A DNA stretch of 60,522 nucleotides, filler included. It is 9 parts of 9 records of this genome, joined end to end, with 100 filler letters (N's around TTAATTAATTAA, not from the genome) between each part and the next. Parts side by side here need not be neighbours in the genome. Positions count along the whole stretch, not along the records: positions 54,339 to 60,522 come from SRR31156797_21205; 8 more parts are not named here. The stretch is one strand, 5' to 3'. Of the stretch, positions 57,406 through 60,522 are shown one piece after another. Every line of letters starts with the position of its first letter. Position 1 is the stretch's first letter. The notes under the pieces were generated by a model. That model did not search any database. It saw only the letters and a list, made by a program, of their open reading frames with translations, and had not been told where the DNA came from. The translations under genes and the position numbers were made by a program.

Positions 57406-59497
57406 TTTTTAACTCCTCATCTAATAGTTCTTGGTCACACTTAGGACAATATTCGTATTCACCATTAATATATCCATGTTTTGGACAAATAGAAAATACA
57501 GGTGATATTGTGATATAAGGTAAAGTGTAGTTTGATATAACATTTTTAATCAATTTTCTACAAGCTTCTATTGAACTGATTTTTTCCCTCATATATAAGT
57601 GTAACACCGTTCCACCTGTATATTTACCTTGTAAATCATCTTGTAAATCCAAGGCTTCAAAAACATCATCTGTAAAATCTACAGGAAGTTGAGAAGAGTT
57701 AGTATAAAAAATATTGCTTCCAAATCCAGCTTGTAATATATCACTGAATCTTTTTTTATCCTCTTTTGCAAATCTGTATGTTGTACCTTCTGCAGGTGTT
57801 GCTTCAAGGTTGTATAGATTTCCTGTCTCTTCTTGATACTCAACCATTTTATTTCTCATAAAGTCTAATATCTCTGTTGCTAACTCAATACCTTCTCTTT
57901 TTGAAATATCAAGTCTTTTCTCAGTTAAATTAACTAACATCTCATTGATACCATTTACACCAATAGTTGAAAAATGGTTGTTAAAGCTTGGTAAATATCT
58001 TTTTGTATATGGAAATAATCCTCTTTCATAAAGATCGTTTATAAATACTCTTTTTTTCTCTAGTGTTGATTTTGCTAAATCCATTAGTTCTTCTAGTCTT
58101 TTTAAAAGAGCATCTTTGTTATTTTTATATAAATATCCTAATCTAGCCATATTAATTGTAACTACACCAATACTTCCTGTCATCTCTGCACTACCAAAAA
58201 GTCCACCACCTCTTTTTAGAAGTTCTCTTAAATCAAGTTGTAATCTGCAACACATAGATCTAACATGTCCAGGTTTATATGCATCTTCGTTTGGAATTAA
58301 TTTTCCATTTTTATCTTTTACATATTGACTTCCGATAAAGTTTTGGAAATATGATGAACCAATTTTTGCACTATTTTCAAATAATAAATCTGTGTTCTCT
58401 CCATACCAATCAAAATCTTCTGTTATGTTTACCGTAGGAATTGGGAAAGTAAAAGGTTGTCCAGTTTTATCACCCTCTGTCATAACTTCATAATAAGCTT
58501 TATTAATCATATTCATCTCTTTTTGAAATGCTTTATATGTCATATCAATAAGATTTTTGTAACCTCTTTCTTCAGCTTTTTTAATCAATTGTTCATTATC
58601 AATATTTTCAAACAAATGTCTTTGGTTTTTAGTTGGAATTTGACCTTTTAAGTCATTTGGAACTGTCCAATCAATTGTAATATTTGTAAATGGACTTTGT
58701 CCCCATCTAGCTGGGACATTAAGATTATAAACAAAACTTCTGATATTCTTTTTTACTTCATTAAATGAAAGATTATCTTTAAATATATAAGGTGCTAAAT
58801 ATGTATCAAAAGATGAGAATGCTTGCGCACCTGCCCACTCACTTTGTAAAATACCTAAGAAGTTAGCCATTTGACCTAAAGCTTCTCTAAAATGGTTTGG
58901 AGCAGTACTTTCTACTCTTCCTCTAACTCCATTAAAACCTTCATCAAGTAAAACTCTTAAACTCCAACCTGCACAATATCCACTTAAACAATCAAGATCA
59001 TGGATGTGATAATCAGCATTCCTATGAGCATAACCTTCCTCTTTAGAATAAATTTTATCTAGCCAATAATTAGCAATGATTTTTCCCGCACTATTATTAA
59101 TAAGACCTGCATGAGAATACCCCGTATTCGAATTTGCTTTAATTCTCCAATCAGTTCCATTAATATATTCTTCAATAGTTTGTGTAGAATTAACATATGT
59201 TGTATCTTCTGATAAACCTAATACATGTTCTCTTTGTAATTTGTGCATATGTCTATAAAGCATAAAAGATTTCATTACATCATAATATCTGGCTTTATAT
59301 AATTCTTGTTCAATATAATCTTGAACATCTTCAACTGCAATAACTCTTTTTTTATTTAATTCTTCAATTACATTAAGATAAATAAGTCCATCATAAGTTG
59401 TATGAACGCTTTTAAATGCTTTTTTTATGGCATCTTCAATTTTATAAGATTGAAATTTTTCGTATGTGCCGTCACGCTTTAGAATATTTTCTAACAT
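57386..59497 (-). CDS. nrdD: Anaerobic (class III) ribonucleoside-triphosphate reductase, large subunit lacking the glycyl-radical loop
   Basis: ATP cone (ILKRDG), HIHDLD, GYCAGW, FPIPT, RSMCCRL, YNLEATPAEG; ends after the CPKH...CPKC Zn site. Confidence 0.95.
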   Translation of the reverse strand: MLENILKRDGTYEKFQSYKIEDAIKKAFKSVHTTYDGLIYLNVIEELNKKRVIAVEDVQDYIEQELYKARYYDVMKSFMLYRHMHKLQREHVLGLSEDTTYVNSTQTIEEYINGTDWRIKANSNTGYSHAGLINNSAGKIIANYWLDKIYSKEEGYAHRNADYHIHDLDCLSGYCAGWSLRVLLDEGFNGVRGRVESTAPNHFREALGQMANFLGILQSEWAGAQAFSSFDTYLAPYIFKDNLSFNEVKKNIRSFVYNLNVPARWGQSPFTNITIDWTVPNDLKGQIPTKNQRHLFENIDNEQLIKKAEERGYKNLIDMTYKAFQKEMNMINKAYYEVMTEGDKTGQPFTFPIPTVNITEDFDWYGENTDLLFENSAKIGSSYFQNFIGSQYVKDKNGKLIPNEDAYKPGHVRSMCCRLQLDLRELLKRGGGLFGSAEMTGSIGVVTINMARLGYLYKNNKDALLKRLEELMDLAKSTLEKKRVFINDLYERGLFPYTKRYLPSFNNHFSTIGVNGINEMLVNLTEKRLDISKREGIELATEILDFMRNKMVEYQEETGNLYNLEATPAEGTTYRFAKEDKKRFSDILQAGFGSNIFYTNSSQLPVDFTDDVFEALDLQDDLQGKYTGGTVLHLYMREKISSIEACRKLIKNVISNYTLPYITISPVFSICPKHGYINGEYEYCPKCDQELLDEELKNEKLRA

Positions 59498-59556
59498 ATT
59501 AATCCTTTCAATGCGAATGATATGCCCTTTTCTCTTAAAAAATAATAATATAAAAA

Positions 59557-59573
59557 GTCACAAAAGTGTCACA
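59557..59573. promoter_or_regulatory. Direct repeat GTCACA-N5-GTCACA (11-bp period), candidate OmpR-type regulator box
   Basis: Located 60-76 nt upstream of the nrdD ATG in an otherwise very AT-rich spacer. Confidence 0.5.
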
Positions 59574-59697
59574 TAAAGGGGCTTATAGAAAATAAAATAA
59601 TTTTTATATTATTATTGTATAATCTACATAATTTTTAAGTGAATAGTAAATCGTTTTTAGTTAAAATTGATTCTTTTTTAATTTGAAAGGTTAAATC

Positions 59698-60522
59698 ATG
59701 AGACATTTTTTAACATTAAGAGACTATACAAAAGATGAAATCTTAGAAATTCTAGAGCTTGCTGCAAAGATTAAGACAGAAACTAAAAATAGAGTTTTTA
59801 AAGATTATTTACCAAGATATACTTTAGGTATGATTTTTGAAAAAAGTAGTACAAGAACAAGAGTTAGTTTCGAAACAGGTATTTATCAATTAGGTGGGAT
59901 AGGATTGTTTTTATCATCTAATGATATTCAACTTGGTCGTGGCGAACCTATGAGTGATACTTCAAGAGTTATTTCTAGAATGGTTGATATGGTAATGATA
60001 AGAACATTTGAACAATCAAAACTAGAAGAGTTTGCAAAATATTCAAAAGTGCCAGTAATCAATGGATTAACAAATGAATACCATCCTGTTCAACTTATGG
60101 CAGATTATTTAACTATCCAAGAAGCAGGACTTGAAAAAGATTTAGTTGTAGCTTATGTTGGTGATGGTAATAATATGACACATTCATGGCTAATGTTAGC
60201 TTCAAAACTAGGATTTGACCTTAGAGTTGCAACACCAAAGGGTTATGAAGTTGATGAAACAATATTAAATGATGCATTAAACTTCGCAAAAGAATCAGGT
60301 GCTAAAATTACAATTACAAATGACCCAAAAGAAGCTGTAAAAGATGCAACAGTTGTTACAACTGATACATGGGTTTCTATGGGACAAGAAGACGAAAAAG
60401 AGAAAAGAATTAAAGACTTTGACGGATATATTGTTGATGAAGATATGATGAAATTAGCTACATCAAATGCAATATTCTTACACTGTTTACCAGCTTATAG
60501 AGGTTATGAAGTAAGTGAAGAT
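59698..60522 (+). CDS. argF: Ornithine carbamoyltransferase (3' truncated at window end)
   Basis: Not in ORF track; MRHFLTL...[13 protein letters not shown]...HPVQ...GDGNN...TDTWVSMG...HCLPA. Confidence 0.96.
   Translation, partial: MRHFLTLRDYTKDEILEILELAAKIKTETKNRVFKDYLPRYTLGMIFEKSSTRTRVSFETGIYQLGGIGLFLSSNDIQLGRGEPMSDTSRVISRMVDMVMIRTFEQSKLEEFAKYSKVPVINGLTNEYHPVQLMADYLTIQEAGLEKDLVVAYVGDGNNMTHSWLMLASKLGFDLRVATPKGYEVDETILNDALNFAKESGAKITITNDPKEAVKDATVVTTDTWVSMGQEDEKEKRIKDFDGYIVDEDMMKLATSNAIFLHCLPAYRGYEVSED

Noticed and set aside
57386-57415. Programmed frameshift fusing nrdD to the glycyl-radical ORF
   Set aside because: The offset is +1, not -1, and the small ORF has its own well-spaced GAGGAG and ATG.

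Overview
This window is not one genome. It holds nine unrelated contigs joined by eight 100-nt artificial linkers (N-run, TTAATTAATTAA, N-run), so nothing should be inferred across a linker. Taxon calls below are inferred from gene content and composition. (1) 1-6221, GC-rich, spirochaete-like: two AraC regulators divergent from a UroD/methyltransferase-fold gene, a TRAP transporter and uxuA. (2) 6322-12482, planctomycete-like: rplY-pth-rpsF-ssb-rpsR-rplI, a structured intergenic segment, DnaA boxes, dnaA, a CxxCxxCC protein and dxs. (3-5) 12583-31343, Bacteroidota: T9SS cargo proteins, uvrD/pcrA, htpG, an octaheme cytochrome-HEAT-TPR protein, parE, a MutS-like gene, obgE, adk, hpt and purE. 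(6) 31444-37917, Desulfobacteraceae-like: a BMC shell gene with a textbook MerR promoter, MerR, and a Mn/Zn ABC operon whose permease is fused to a DtxR domain. (7) 38018-46654, Enterococcus-like: a T-box leader, thioesterase, PepSY plus two-component system, ECF transporter and XRE regulator. (8-9) 46755-60522, Arcobacter-like: ciaB, LetAB-type MCE genes, a degenerate GGDEF, hemB, a two-component system, a class III RNR and argF. Top leads: a class III RNR whose glycyl-radical domain is a separate 52-aa gene missed by the ORF track; a candidate sigma54-driven sRNA with repeated AGUGAG motifs after htpG; a candidate structured RNA between rplI and dnaA; the MerR-controlled BMC gene with a repeat-rich tail; the permease-DtxR fusion; and a UroD-fold enzyme in a uronate operon. 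No CRISPR array, rRNA, tRNA or transposase was seen.
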